Source of the DNA: Eledone cirrhosa
Taxonomy: Eukaryota
Assembly: GCA_964016885.1 (NCBI GenBank)
Contig: OZ024742.1
Coordinates: forward strand, 153,512,001-153,576,000
DNA length: 64,000 nucleotides
Reading direction: 5' to 3'
The position numbers and the translations under genes were made by a program. How positions within the stretch are numbered: position 1 is the first letter of the stretch; each line of letters begins with the position of its first letter. The notes below the pieces were generated by a model that searched no databases, was not told where the DNA came from, and saw only the letters and a program-made list of their open reading frames with translations. Below, piece after piece: positions 27,047 through 40,560 of this stretch.

Positions 27047-27089
27047 GTCACTGAAGAGGTCATAGAATGTGTGACGAAAGAACTTTGAC
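27047..27089 (+). ncRNA. Minimal hammerhead with an extra nucleotide after A9
   Basis: gtca CTGAAGA g gtcata-gaatg-tgtgac GAAA gaac TT tgac. Confidence 0.75.
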
Positions 27090-27238
27090 AATATATGAAC
27101 AAACGTCCGGTTGTGGAACCAACCAACCAACCGGAAATTTATAAATTCTTAAATTTTTTAAATTTAATTCATAATAAATTGGAGTGAAAGCAACTTGTGC
27201 GTATGTTTCTTATTAGCAACATGACCCTCCCAAAGCAT

Positions 27239-27326
<88 letters not shown>

Positions 27327-28089
27327 CCAATGTCTTTGAACCAACGTCATTGAAGCCACAACAAGAAAAAAGGAAAAAATGAAATGACAAGAGAGAATGC
27401 GTTGATAAAATCAACCTCCTCCACCATTGTGCAGTCAACTCCGTCGAAATGTCCATGCAATGCTTGGTTACAAGTCATCAACGCCATCACCAAAAAGGAA
27501 ATGATCAGTAACGGAGAAATTAGGTTCTCAGATACGAGATGAGGCCGATGATAGATATACACAGTTGTTTAATATTTTATCAAATGATGGTAGGATTATA
27601 ACCACATTAGAACTTATTGTATTCTTCATGCGAATATCCAGTGATAGGAAAGGAAAATATGTTTTTACCAAAGCGTGTTATCATGTTCCATGTCATCTAT
27701 TTGGATGAACGGCAGAATGGATATATCTTATTGAAGTTAAATACTATGGAGTTTTATAGCAGATATCGATTAGTAAAAATATTGACAATATCTTAGTTTA
27801 TTTTGTTATTTGAAACGCTCGTATAAAGAGAAGATTATACGTGGTCGACTACGGCCGCCCCTTAAAACACACAAAAAGAAAGACATTGGAAAAAAACGTG
27901 ATATTTATTTTCATTCATTGGTGGCTTCTAACATAGCTCATCAAACCAGGATCAAAATTACATGACATACAACATAATTATCAGTTAAGTTTCCTGGTTG
28001 TTTTTTGTTTTTATTGGCGTTGCACGCTTATGGTGCCATGTTAGCCCACGCGCAATGTCATACACTTTTATACGGATAACTCATGCTAA

Positions 28090-29395
28090 GTCACAGGGTA
28101 ATCAAATGTGTTATTTCGATGACTATGACGTATTTTATGACTTAGTAGTACAACCTTTGACGATGTAAATACACATCCGTATCCCTTGCACGTAAAAAGC
28201 ATCTTCCGAACACCGTTCTGGAAGCGGGTTAATGCCCCCCATATATTTAGCTGCACACATAGGTTTTCATCTTCTTTGTCAAACACCTTAACAACAGTAG
28301 CAAACTGATTTCGCCACTGGGCTGTGTCCGTTGAAACATTTTCCCATCTTTCGTTGTTGATGTTGATCTTGTTCATGATATATTTCAGACAGTCTTGAAG
28401 TCACTTGTGTGATATGCACTGCTGGCGGTCTGCCTTGCAAGTGTTTAATATTCAATACTTGCTTCGGGAATCTGAGTTTGCGGATGGACGGAAAGTACTT
28501 TTGGTGGAAACGATCGAGTCGCTCGATATATTTGCAGTATTTTGTCCATGCCTCACACCCATACAGCAAGGCGCTAAACACACATGCTTCATACATTCCA
28601 ACTCTTCTGCACACATTGGTATCTGACTATGACCACAGTTGCTTCTGCAGCTTACCTTAGACAACCTGTAGCTGATCTCTTCATCAAGGGTGCTGGTCAT
28701 GGGGAGCGTACTACACAAGTAAACAAACCAATCCTCAATCTTAAATATATTTATGGTGGAATATATGGCTTATCGGGTGCTGGTGCATTACCACCGTATT
28801 TGATTGGCCATGATTGCCAATTCAAATACACCACACGCTGCCGCAAGGCCATCCAGCAGTAGTTGAATATCTTATGTGTGGCTAACCCGATCGCAGTCAT
28901 CTGCATAAAGAAGATTTAGTGCAATATATGTTTTCGATGCAGCGAAGAATCGTCGCATCTTGAAGAGCAATACGGGTTTAATAATGTATATATGCGCGAA
29001 CATCGGTGTTGGAGACCGATTTTAACCGAAACACTGCAAAGAAAAAGGCAAACAGAGTGGGAGCGAGCAGATCACCTTTTGTTGAATCAATGTTGTCTGT
29101 GAAATATTCTAGGAGCTCACTATTCACGGAAACCCACATTCCTATGTCATCATTCAATGAACGTATAAGCTTCGCAATATTCTCTCGAAAACACAGGTTC
29201 AAGAGTATAGTCCAAAGAGCTTGCCTATTAATTGTCAAATAGTTTCGTGTGTTCAAGAAAGTAATCGTACATACCAAGCTGTCGCTCCTTACGTGTCTCC
29301 TGCATCTGCTGCGCAGTGAAGATCGTATCTGCAGTGTGTCCCAAAATGAACAAAAACCACACTGAGATTCCGTTAATATTGGGACACTTATAATT
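28090..29395 (-). pseudogene. Decayed RTE-clade LINE RT fragment
   Basis: ESQCGF, TADTIFTAQQMQE, GDLLAPTLF, LYADD, LLYGCEAWT, LDRFHQK. Confidence 0.85.
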
Positions 29396-29397
29396 GC

Positions 29398-29477
<80 letters not shown>

Positions 29478-29688
29478 TCATACACATGTATATGATTCAA
29501 TATACAAACCAAGTCATGTGTTCGTGTGTTTATATGTGTCCGTGTGTCTGCATGTGTGTGTATATTAATCGTTAAAAAGTATTTTCAGTGACTCTTAGAC
29601 ATCTCACCAAATGTCGGTAGTCCCAAGAAAAATTAGGTAATAACTGAAATAACACGAGCATGTTTACAAGCGTGTCAGAGAGGTGTGT

Positions 29689-29691
<3 letters not shown>

Positions 29692-29760
<69 letters not shown>
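29692..29760. repeat. (AAT)n microsatellite
   Basis: Perfect array at the 3' side of the Tx1-like LINE. Confidence 0.95.
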
Positions 29761-29761
<1 letters not shown>

Positions 29762-30004
29762 TTTTCTTTATTAACCACAAGGGTTTACATAAAGTAGACA
29801 TTAAGGACAGTACAGGACAATACAGGACGGTACAAATGGGCATTTCTGCGTGTAAAAAAAACAGAGGATGAAATAAAATAACAAAGAAAAATTCCCCAAT
29901 AGGGCGGAGACTTCCGAGGGACAATTGTGGAGAAAGCCCATTAAAAGACCACAGTGGCCCTGACCACCAGGGCAAGTGCCCTCTCCCAGTTTTCCACCTT
30001 TAAT

Positions 30005-33000
30005 TTACAGACACATACTCAGAGAAGGCCCATTCATTCGGGCCATACTTGCTTCTCTCACCCATCTTTCAACAAAATGCTGGGAAGAGAGCACTTCCCT
30101 CTCTACCCTGATTTTCCTTTTCAGATGAAATTTGAAAAAGTTAATCAGGGCATCACCGAAGAGGTAAGTGCTCGTCTTCAGCCCTTTCAAGCGTGTCCAC
30201 CATATTATCTCTTTCGCCATGGCCACCAGACAGATAAAAACTGCCTGCCCTTCCCGGCTAAAGGAAGGGGGCGGGGCAATCCTTACGATGGACTCAGCTG
30301 ATAGCTGGATCCGTCCTACACGTGACAGCAGGTGTTCGACATAAACCCACAAGTCAGCAATGCTCGGATACTGGACGAGTGCGTACAGGACGGTTTCGTC
30401 GCCCTGCGCGCATCTCGGACATGCCCGGCTGACGGCACCTCCATGCCTGTAGAGTTTATCCCGAACTGGCAAAGCTCCTCGGTAGCACTGCCAGGCCAGG
30501 GATTTCTGGAAGTTGTCCATAGGCCCCGGCCCAAAAGTCCTTCCGAAGAGATTGGCTAGTTGATTTTCGTCGACGCCTAGAGTTTCTCCAAGTACGTCGT
30601 CGCTCTTCCCCTCCACGAATCCCCTATAGAACGCCAAGGTGGAGTTTCCACCGATCACATTGCCCGATTGGCCGAGGGCTGTGAGCGCCTGAAGACATTC
30701 CAGTCTCCAAGCGCTCCCTCTCGGTCTTCGCTTGACCCAGGACTGCAGCTCCGTCAAGGAGACGAGCAGGGGAAAAACGTGTCTAGCAAACGGCGACCAC
30801 ACCTGATCACCGTCGAGGAAGAGGTGGAGATGTCGTAGCCTGAGCGCGTATCTGCGCATCATCAGCCACGGCATGCCCAGCCCTCCACGTAGCGGGTGTT
30901 GACAGCAGATGGACCGCCTGACCATCGGAGCGCGTCCCTTCCACAAGAAGCGAAAGAGCAAACGCTCCAGCGCAGTCAGGCGTGGCTTAGGACAAGGTAC
31001 GACGGTCAGGCGGTAGTAGATGACGGATGCGATGTATGCATTCGCCACCTCCGCTCGACCTTTCAGGGATAGCTTCCTCTCGGCCCATTTCTGGGTGAGA
31101 GAAGCCACCCTGCTCGTCACTTCGTCCCAGTTTTTGTCCGTCTGGAGGTCTGGACCGAACCAGATCCCTAGCAATTTAACCGGTCCGTCCGTCCAGCGCC
31201 CGATGACGCTGTTGGACGGCATGGACCTGCCTCTCCAGGTGCCGAGCTGCAGGCCCACTGACTTTTCCTGGTTGATCATTGCTCCTGTCACCGCTTCGTA
31301 TTCTCTTAGTGTAGTGCCGATCGCCTCGATGTGTTTGGCGTTCGACACCACTACGGTGACATCGTCGGCATATGCTGACACGGATCTTCCGCATCCTAGT
31401 TCGCGCGGGACCCCCCTCAACGTCTCCAGATTGTGCAGTAATGGCTCGAGAGTCAATACGTACAATAGGGACGAGAGGGGACATCCTTGGCGGACCGAGC
31501 GCATGATGTTGAACGGTTCCGAAAGATGACCGTTCACTCTCACTACAGAGCAGATGTCGCTGTGCATGGCAGCGATCCAGCCTCTGAAGACGGGCCCAAA
31601 GCCAGCCGCCCTCAGGACTGCTGCTAGGTAACGATGGTCGACCCTATCGAAGGCTTTCGACTGATCTAAATTGATCAAAGACCCACCCGTGCCAGTTTCT
31701 CTAGCTATCCTCTCTACGATGTATCGCATGAGGTGGAGGTTGTCGTGGATGGATCTGTCGGGAATGGCGCATGTCTGTGCCTCTCCCACCAGACCACCAA
31801 CGACAAGCGCCAACCTCTTTGCTAGCACCTTGGCCACAATCTTGAACTCTGTGTTTAGCAGTGTTATGGGCCTAAAATTATCTATGTTATCCCCCTTGTT
31901 CGGATACTTTCTCAGCAGCGCCACCGCTCCTCGGCTCACAGAGCTGGGAATTCTCCCGTTCTGTTGCCAGTTGCAGTAGACGTCCGCCAAGAGGCCTCCG
32001 AACAAGTTTGGCATTTGTACGTAAAGTTCATAGGGCAGACCATCCAAACCAGGCGATTTACCCCTTGTGCAACAAGTCATTGCATCCCGTACTTCAGCGG
32101 TTGTTATCTGCTTTTGGCAACACTCCGCCTCAGTGGCCGAAAGCCGCGGCAGTCCGTCGAGGTAGACACTAAAGTCCATCCCTCGATCCGGCCCGCCACT
32201 GCCTCCGAACAGTTGAGCGAAGTGTCGCTGAAAAACTTCACACATTTGCCCGGGATCGAGTAGCATGCGCCCGTCGTGGTCCACCAAAGAACGGATCGTG
32301 GCTTTGTTGCCACGACGCGCCTCCGCCACTCGGGCCCATTGAACGGCTTTCGTCCCCTCGTGTCTGAGAGCACGCACCCTAGCTCTGACAACGCAGCCTT
32401 CGTGCTTTGCATTGAAGAATTGGTCAAGGGCCAATTTCGCCGCATGTACGTCGGTCGCGATGCCTTTGCTAAGCGCCTCATCTAATTTTCTAACTAATTC
32501 TCCCTCTGCTCTATTTTTCTCTATTGCTAAAGTCTTACTAAACCTAATGGACTCTATTCTAATTGATCTTTTCAGAGCAAACCACCACTTGTTGTTGACT
32601 ATGGCCCCCGTCAACGCCCGCTTAACTAGTTCGCTAATCCGGTCTCTGTAGGCCTTGCGCGCTGGTAAGGACGCGTTTAGCTTCCACTAGCCGGGTCCTC
32701 GTCTATGAAGCCTATCTAAGTCAAGCACACAGATCACGAATTTGTGGTCCGTGTAGCTGACTATCTTGAATTGTGAACAGCCTATGCTAGACCTATCTAT
32801 TTCCCTACAAAATACTCTATCTATATATGATCTGGATGACCCTATGCGATTTGTCCAAGTCCACATTGGTACATTCGGGAAATCCATTCGGTACCTGTCA
32901 GACAGTTCAAAACGTCTGAGCAGGTTGGTGAGACTCTTGCACCCTCCTTCCCTATCCACTAATCCCACACAATCCCAGCGTGCATCTAAGATCCCGTTCC

Positions 33001-33424
33001 AGTCGCCCACTAACACTAAAGAGCGGGACGTTCCAAGAAAGGTCTCCAGACGCCGGGAGAAATCAGGCCGCCCTGCTCCTGTCGAGGCATAGACGGCCAC
33101 TAACCTGAAAGCTTGCCCGTCTCCGCTGGTCACGTCCAGCACCACCAACTTACCTTCTGGGTCCAGGAAGATGGCCCGTATGGCAAGATCCAAACCTCTC
33201 CGAAAAAGCACAGCAACTCCTCCCCCCGATCCCGGACGGCTGGGAGATGCGTACACATCGTAGCCGCCGAAGATCGGTGCGAAAGCCTGTGCTTCGGAGA
33301 TTCTGGTCTCGCTGGTGGCCACTACATCTATGTTTAGTGACCTGAGGTCGTTGAGCAGGTGGCCCTGCTTCCATGACAACCCCAAGCCACGCGCATTTAT
33401 GCTGCCTATTCTGAGTGAGGTCAT
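30005..33424 (-). pseudogene. LINE ORF2 (APE endonuclease + RT), one in-frame TAG at 32687-32689
   Basis: INARGL, SETR, GDWN, YTDH; GPG*WKLN; KSPGLDGLP, RPITLLN, DQSKAFDRV, QGCPLS, YADD; C-terminal CPRC with decayed H/C. Confidence 0.95.
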
Positions 33425-33458
33425 GTTGAAAAGGAGTGGAAAAGATGGGAAAGACCAC

Positions 33459-35415
33459 TTACCTTACTTCTCGTAGGGGAAGGACGGTTTTTCCATCCGT
33501 TTCACTGCTTGTGGCCTCCTCAGGAAGGATGTCCTTATAAATCCTCCTGGAGAGTGCTTGTCGGAAGTCTCTGATGTCTTTGGGGAATTTTTGTTTTAGT
33601 GTCATGTACGTTTTCTGTGTGATGCGAGTGATTTGTATGTGTGGAGGTGGTGTGAATTTTGGGGTTGTTGTGTAGTCTTTTTCTGTGATGCTGGTGTTGT
33701 GTTGGATGTAGTGTAATAATTGCTTGTTGTTCAAATTTAATGCTGTGTAGTGTGTATCGTTTTGGTTGTTTTGTTTTGTTTGCGTTTGTTGTGGGTTTGT
33801 TTCTGTTTCGCATTTTGGTGACTTTTGTGGTGTAGTTGATGGTGGTGTTGGAGTTAATGATGGTGATGGTGTTGGTGTTTGGGTTGATGGGGTTGGTGAT
33901 GCTGGTGTGGATGGTGGCATATCTGTCCTAACTTTTTTGTTTCTTAGTTTATTTGTTTCCCTCTGTATTTTGTTTTTGGAGGGGGAAGGAAGAGAATTTT
34001 TTCTTTTTTGGTTTATTTTTTTTTTCCGGATATCGTTTCCCACTCCTCGTCGTCACAATCTGTCTCCAGTTGTGATAGGCCGGGGAGTGGAAAATCCTCC
34101 ACAGCCGTTAGTTTTTGTTGTGCTGTGGTGGATGGTGTAGGCGCTGGTGCTAGTTCTAAAGCGTTGGGTGGTGGTTGTGTTGGTTCTGCTACTGTTGCTG
34201 GGGTTGTTGCTGTTATAGTTGCTTCTGTTGTTGCTGCTACAGTTGTTGCTGCCATCTCTGCTACTGGTGGTGTTGATGGTTGTGTCACTCGGGTGGGTAG
34301 GAGAGGTGGCCTCAACCTTTTAGCCTGAGGGCAGAAAGCCCTTAGGTGGGTTCCTTCACCACAAACGACACACCTAGGTCTTCTGCCCTCGACAATTACC
34401 GTGAGGTGGCTGCCGTCAGTGAGGTCTATTACCTCTGGGATCTCCTCAATGCTTTTTTCGTCCGCCTGTTTAGGAGCTCCATCCCAGATCCGGACCAGTT
34501 TTCCTGCTTTTCTTTTGCTATTGCTATTATTTTCGTGTTGGCTTCGATGCCGGCGAGGACGGCCGCTATTAGCCAGGGAATTTCGATGGCCGGTGGAACG
34601 TGGGTCACCCTGATCTTTACGAGTCTCTTTTCCACAATAGCTTGGGACGAGTGTGAAGTCGTCACTTTTTAATGGGGCCATGGAGTGTTCTCTAGCCTCC
34701 TCTGGTGTTTCAAAGAACACATCCACGGTTCCATACTTTTGCCCACGTCTGATGTGGGTTTTTCTTGCCCACACATGTCCCAAAGCTTTTGGGATTTGGG
34801 ACTCGGATGCCCGTTCCACTCGGCGCGATTTTACATTTATTGTTCTATACGACACGGTGCATAGGCGCCGATGCTCCATTTTATTACGTGGGGGGTGAGG
34901 CTGGCCCTGTACCCATCTTTCTTTACCATTTGTTTGGCATTTTCTAAATCCTCTTGAGTTACCGTGAATGCTTCGAATTGTTTTGCTACTATGGCGAAAC
35001 TGAGGGTCGGTTTTATAATGTCATTGTTGTTGTTGTTGCTATCGTTATTTGTGTTAATATTAATTTTAGTTTCAGTTGTAGTGGTGGTGACGTCAGTCGT
35101 CTTTGGTGCGGAAGAGTCCATTTTGCTTGATTTCATTTCGACATCACGAGTTAATTTATTTTTTTCTTCTTTTGGTTCTGTTGTCGCGGTGGTGGTGGGG
35201 GTGGGGGTTGTCGCGGTGGTGGAGGCTTTAACACCTGCAGTCATTGGTAATGGCGGGAAATGAATGTCTGCCTGAGACAAATTTAAAATATTGCTACTGC
35301 TTATATTTTTTTTTGTGTTGGCAAACGTAGTAACATTTACAATGGTGGTGTCGGTGTGAGGTGTTATTTTGTGAGGAAGGCTTTCAGCTGCTTCGTGCAG
35401 AGGGGAATTATCCAT
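33459..35415 (-). pseudogene. LINE ORF1 (gag-like zinc knuckle), frameshifted
   Basis: CVVCGEGTHLRAFC (CX2CX4HX4C) and Thr/Pro-rich segments across ORFs 34837-35475, 34013-34879, 33459-34043. Confidence 0.8.
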
Positions 35416-35622
35416 TTTTTTCAAAGAAATTTTTGGATAATAATAAAAGTTAAAATTTTGGGCACAAGGCCCCAATCTTTATGGGTGTCCTTTTCGGAAA
35501 ACAATGTATGTGTGCTTATAAACAGTTAACAATAAAATTTTCCATAAATGGCAATTTTTAGCAAACGGAAATAACAAACCTTTGCGGAGCTCACGATGAT
35601 ACGATTTACTACGTAGGTCGCC

Positions 35623-35670
<48 letters not shown>
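35623..35670. repeat. (AAT)n microsatellite between two LINEs
   Basis: Perfect array. Confidence 0.95.
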
Positions 35671-35671
<1 letters not shown>

Positions 35672-38350
35672 GGAAACTACTTGGTATAAAAGCGAGAGGA
35701 GACAACAGACAAGAAAGAGCAGAGCCTTAGTGGAAGAAACGACTGAGTGGTCAAATCAGGGAAATGATAAATGACATTGGAAAGCTTGAGTCCCTACTGA
35801 ATGGGACACTAAAAAACATAGACACTAAAAATAGACTGGAAATAAAGTACAAAACTGGGAGGAAAAAGTTAAATATTATCATAGAGGAACTGAAGAAACG
35901 CATTGTAGCAAATAGTGCAAAAATCAGGCGATACGAGAACAGAGTCAGCCAGTATAGACAGAACCGCATGTTCGACAACAACCAGAAGATGCTGTTTGCA
36001 CAGCTTGAAGGGAAAGAAAGAGGCCACGACTTGATCCCTGAGGCGGAACAAACTGAAGCATTCTGGAGAGGAATATGGGAGCAGGATGTTAAACATAATG
36101 ACCAGGCAGTGTGGATTGAGACAGTACAGAAGGAGATCAGTGAACAGGCACACCAACAAACTGATTTGAGTATCACAGTTGAAACTCTTAAGGGGCAGGC
36201 CAAAAAACTAACCAACTGGAAATCACCTGGCCCAGATGGTGTGCAGGGGTATTGGATTAAAAACATAACATCCCTCCACCCGAGACTGACAACCATGTTC
36301 AATGACTGCTTGATGTCAGGTGAGGTACCACAGTGGTTGATAAAAGGTACCACAGTTCTGATAATGAAAGACCGAATAAGGGTAATGATGTTACCAACTA
36401 TAGACCTATCACACGTCTGTCCGTAATGTGGAAACTGTTGACAAGCATTATGTCTGAGGAAATCTACCATCAACTCCACACAAACAACTTGTTACCGGAC
36501 GAACAGAAAGGATGCCGAAAGAAGTCACGTGGTACAAAGGACCAGTTACTTATTGATAAGATGGTAATGAGGAATTGCAAGAGGAGACACACTGGTCTTG
36601 CCATGGGATGGATAGACTACAAAAAGGCATTTGACTTGGTGCCTCATTTTTGGATAAGCAAAAGCCTGGAGATCTTCAAGGTGGCAGATAACATCAGACA
36701 GTTGTTGGGCAAAAGTATGAAGTCCTGGGAAACAGAGTTAACATCAACTGGAGAATCCCTGGGAAGCGTGAAGATCGAGAGAGGTATCTTCCAGGGAGAT
36801 AGTCTGTCCCATCTGATGTTTGTCCTTGCCCTGATGCCCCTGACCAGTGTACTGCGAAAAGTGAGAGCAGTATACAGGTTGGGAAAGGGAGGGCTTACCA
36901 TCAATCACCTCCTCTTCATGGACGATCTTAAGCTCTTCGGGAAAAGTGAGAAGGAGTTGGATGTGCTTGTTGACACTGTCCGTATTTTCAGCAATGATAT
37001 ATGTATGCAATTTGGTATTAGTAAGTGTGGAGTCATTGTGATGAGGAGAAGTAAGTTGAGCAGAAGTAACGGAATCCAGATACCAACAGGTCAGATGATA
37101 AAAGAAATTGACTCTGAGGAAGGATACAAGTATTTGGGCGTTCTGGAGGCTGATGACATCAAGAACAAAAAAATGAAGGAATTGATAAGAACTGAATACC
37201 TTCGGAGGGTAAGGAGCGTATTAAAGTCACATCTGAACAGTAGGAATGCCATAAATGCAGTAAATTCCCGAGCTGTGTCTATTATTAGGTACAGTGCGGG
37301 AATTCTGAGATGGAATGTTGCTGAACAAAAAGAAATGGATAGGAAGACTAGGAAGTTATTGACTATCTACAATATGTTCCACAAGAGGAGTTATGTCGAT
37401 AGACTCTACTTAAGGAGATCTGAAGGTGGAAGAGGTCTTATCAGCATAGAGGACTGTGTTCAGATGGAGAAAAACAACCTACACAAATACGTGACTGATA
37501 GTAAGGAGCCAATGCTCAGAACTGTACTGAAGGAGGGGACAATAGGCCAGGGGATGTCCAAGGAGGAAATAACATCAAGGAGAAAGAGCAGCCTTCAGGA
37601 AAAATCCCTTCATAGTACCTTCTTTGAGAAAACTGAATTTAGAGATCCACAGACATGGAACTGGTTGAAAAGAGGAGACCTTAAAAAGGGTACAGAAGGA
37701 ATGTTAATGGCTGCGCAGGAGCAGGCCCTCAAAACGAAGTGGTTGAAACACCACATTTACAAGGAGGAGGCTAGCCCACTGTGCAGGATCTGTGGAGAGA
37801 GAGAGACTGTGGCTCACATTGTATCCGAGTGTAAACACCTAGCCCAGACTCACTATAAGGGCTGGAGACATGATGTGATGGGCTGGGTGATCCACTGGCA
37901 CCTATGCAAAGTAAACAATTTACCACATTCTGAGAAGTGGTATGAGAATAAGCCAGAGGCGGTGATAGAAAACGATCAGGTGAAGGTGCTGTGGGATTTT
38001 AGGATACAGACGGACAAGAAACTGGAACACAATAGACCTGACCTGGTGGTTTTGGACAAAGTAAAAATATCGTGCCTGATTGTGGATGTGGCCTACCCAT
38101 TCGACACGAGAGTGCAACAGAAGGAGAGGGAGAAAATTAACCGATACCAGGACTTAAAGTGGGAGGTAAAAAGGATTTGGAACTGCCATGAATTCAAAGT
38201 GATCCCGATTGTCATAGGCGCACTAGGGACTATCTCAAAAGGTTTCCAGGGATGATTTGAAAAAATTGGCCCTTCACGCTTTTTGGAACGCTCCAAAAGG
38301 CATGCTTGCTGGGAACAGCAAGAACACTCCGATACGTCCTGAATATCTGA
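35671..38350 (+). pseudogene. R4/Dong RT + RLE endonuclease, frameshifted
   Basis: NWKSPGPDG, EQKGC, WIDYKKAFD, GIFQGDSLS, FMDDLKL, CRIC..ETVAHIVSEC, RHD, RPDLV..D, EKINRY, KACLLGT. Confidence 0.92.
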
Positions 38351-38424
38351 GGCTGCAGGTAGTGGCTTGATATTCATTTCAACAAACTTTCCAGTTAACT
38401 AACATCAATGACTGAGACTCAACA
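35671..38424 (+). mobile_element. 5'-truncated R4/Dong-clade non-LTR retrotransposon
   Basis: RT + CCHC + restriction-like endonuclease, short 3' UTR, (AAT)n flanks. Confidence 0.9.
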
Positions 38425-38517
<93 letters not shown>

Positions 38518-38520
38518 AAG
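38425..38520. repeat. (AAT)n-(AAG)n compound microsatellite
   Basis: Directly visible. Confidence 0.95.
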
Positions 38521-38571
38521 CAACTGTGGCTGTCTTTAACAGAATTACATTTTATATTAAAAATAAAGTAC

Positions 38572-38686
38572 CAGTGGGCTAGCCTCCTCCTTGTAAATGT
38601 GGTGTTTCAACCACTTCGTTTTGAGGGCCTGCTCCTGCGCAGTCATTAACATTCCTTCTGTAGCCTTTTTAAGGTCTCATCTTTTC

Positions 38687-38688
<2 letters not shown>
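38572..38688 (-). repeat. Inverted internal fragment of the Dong element
   Basis: Reverse complement of ~37664-37781 with about 3 mismatches. Confidence 0.85.
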
Positions 38689-38753
<65 letters not shown>

Positions 38754-38761
38754 GGGCTAGA

Positions 38762-38960
38762 TTAAAGGGATAGATTAAATAGAATGGGTAGGTTTTTGTG
38801 TAGGAGATCGACCATTTCGGTGTTTCTGGGGGTGAACGTGGATACACATGGTAAGGCATTGTTTGTGGTTGTGTGCTTTGGGTTGTTGGAAAGCAAAACA
38901 CGCAAATGTTTATCAACCCAACAGACCCTAAAATATATTTTCCGTGCTATTTCCAATTTC
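38762..38960 (-). pseudogene. Small PLE (Neptune-like) fragment
   Basis: LPCVSTFTPRN..NLPIL resembles the ISFVITHNPGN..YLPVL segment near 48050. Confidence 0.45.
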
Positions 38961-40284
38961 ACCTTTTCTCTCTCTCTCTATATATATATATATCAGGCTG
39001 CCGCTAGCAGATGCGTTCGCACGAACTAATGCATTGGTTCAGGGCAGGAAAATCAAATTTTCCACCCGCACGAAATCGTTTTTTCTTAAAAATAATTAAG
39101 CATAACTGTGTACTCTAATTTTCCTGGGTTGGTGTCATAATGATACAGACTTGATTAAATTATTAAGTGAGTGTAAAAACGACCAAATCTGTGTCGGTTC
39201 TATTCGATAGCTTCCTTCCATTATTATTTTAATCTCCTTGTAGATTACCCTGTATTCAAATGTTCTTATTTGTAGTTGGATCTATTTATTAATTGTTTGC
39301 AAATATGCCTTTTTTTCTCTGTGGAATGCCCTGGTTGAGTGCTTCATGGCCTGTTCAGTTTTTCAAATTGAATTCTGCGCCAATGCATCCCCTGTTATAA
39401 GTCAGAACTTGTTTAACCCAAAATATTTATATTATATTGAAACGAGTAAAACTAACTGTCAAATTTAAACCCTTCCTGAGAATCGTGTCCATCAACCAAT
39501 AAGCCTGCCTGATTTAGAAGTCATTTACTGTAGAGAAAAGATGTATTAAATACCATAACCATAAATAGGAGGGTAGGGATTACAGTCATGTGACTATTTG
39601 TCAGACATGCAGGTGTTTTAAGTGTTGTTTTTGATGTTCCATCCTATAGTAAGAATGGATGTGAGAGGAGGGTGGCACTCATGTGGGTATGTGAAAAATA
39701 TGACAATTGAAAATATGTGTCAAGAAACTATTTTAAATTCAGCACATCACATCCTCCTCGGATTTTGAAATTCATTCCCCTGGTGCCATTTTCTTTCTCG
39801 TATTTGTTTGTTCTTCATAACAGAATAATTGCTGGAGCAATTGAATTGGTTTTGATTTCCATCAGCTTCAGTTATTTGCACTGTTTCTTGTATTACGGGT
39901 GGATCGGAGGGATTTTGAAATTTCGAACAGGATATTTGATAGATGATCTGAATGGATAAGCTTCACCTTGATTTTATTATGTGGATTATTAAAGGGATGA
40001 CTAAGGCTGACACTATACAACATGTCACGTAGGAGGCGGCGAAATGAGTTCCATTGTTCACGACTAACGGAAGTAGAAATTTCTCGCAACTAATTATCTT
40101 CAGCCACGCAAACATCGTGAGTTCGGTTGTTGGTGTTTTCGGGAGATAGAACTCTGGCAATCAGGAACAGGCTTCAATCATCATTATCGCATAGTATTGC
40201 TAGATAACGGGATAGCAGTAGTCGGCATATATGTGTTGGTAAGTTTGATAAATTGTTGGTCATGTTTTCCAATGTGAAGTCTTT

Positions 40285-40560
40285 CTTTTACCGCAGTGGC
40301 ATGTTGAGCAATTTTGGCAATTCATAATATATCCACATTTATCCCTGGCCACCGTACCGGAGGAGACAACAGTTTCATCTTCTCCACAATACGATGACAG
40401 GAATGAAGATCTTTATATACCGGTTTATGTACTGATGGCGGAACAATAATGTGGTCATTCCGGTAAAGAATACCATCAGGGGTTACTCAAATCTCATCAC
40501 TTCTGTAAATGTCTATATATTTAAATTTCAATCAGATGTTCTAAACCACTTACAATACAT
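40285..40560 (-). pseudogene. Ty3/Gypsy pol remnant (integrase zinc-binding region)
   Basis: Manual translation DGILYRNDHIIVPPSVHKPVYKDLHSCHRIVEKMKLL..WPGINVDI. Confidence 0.75.

Larger units (their letters stand above)
23180..27246 (+). mobile_element. Full-length decayed Penelope-like element (second family)
   Basis: Direct pLTRs 23180-23343 and 27080-27244; RT and GIY-YIG between them; HHR at the 3' pLTR. Confidence 0.9.
29761..35622 (-). mobile_element. Full-length L1/Tx1-like non-LTR retrotransposon
   Basis: 5' UTR, ORF1 with CCHC knuckle, ORF2 APE-RT, 3' UTR with AATAAA; (AAT)n both sides. Confidence 0.92.

Noticed and set aside
30104-34947. Overlapping antisense ORFs within the Tx1-like LINE
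   Set aside because: Shadow frames of GC-rich coding sequence
38253-38255. In-frame TGA in Dong as possible selenocysteine or recoding
   Set aside because: Probably TGG to TGA decay; the element also has frameshifts and no SECIS was seen
39868-40160. Short minus-strand ORFs next to the Gypsy remnant
   Set aside because: No recognisable motif
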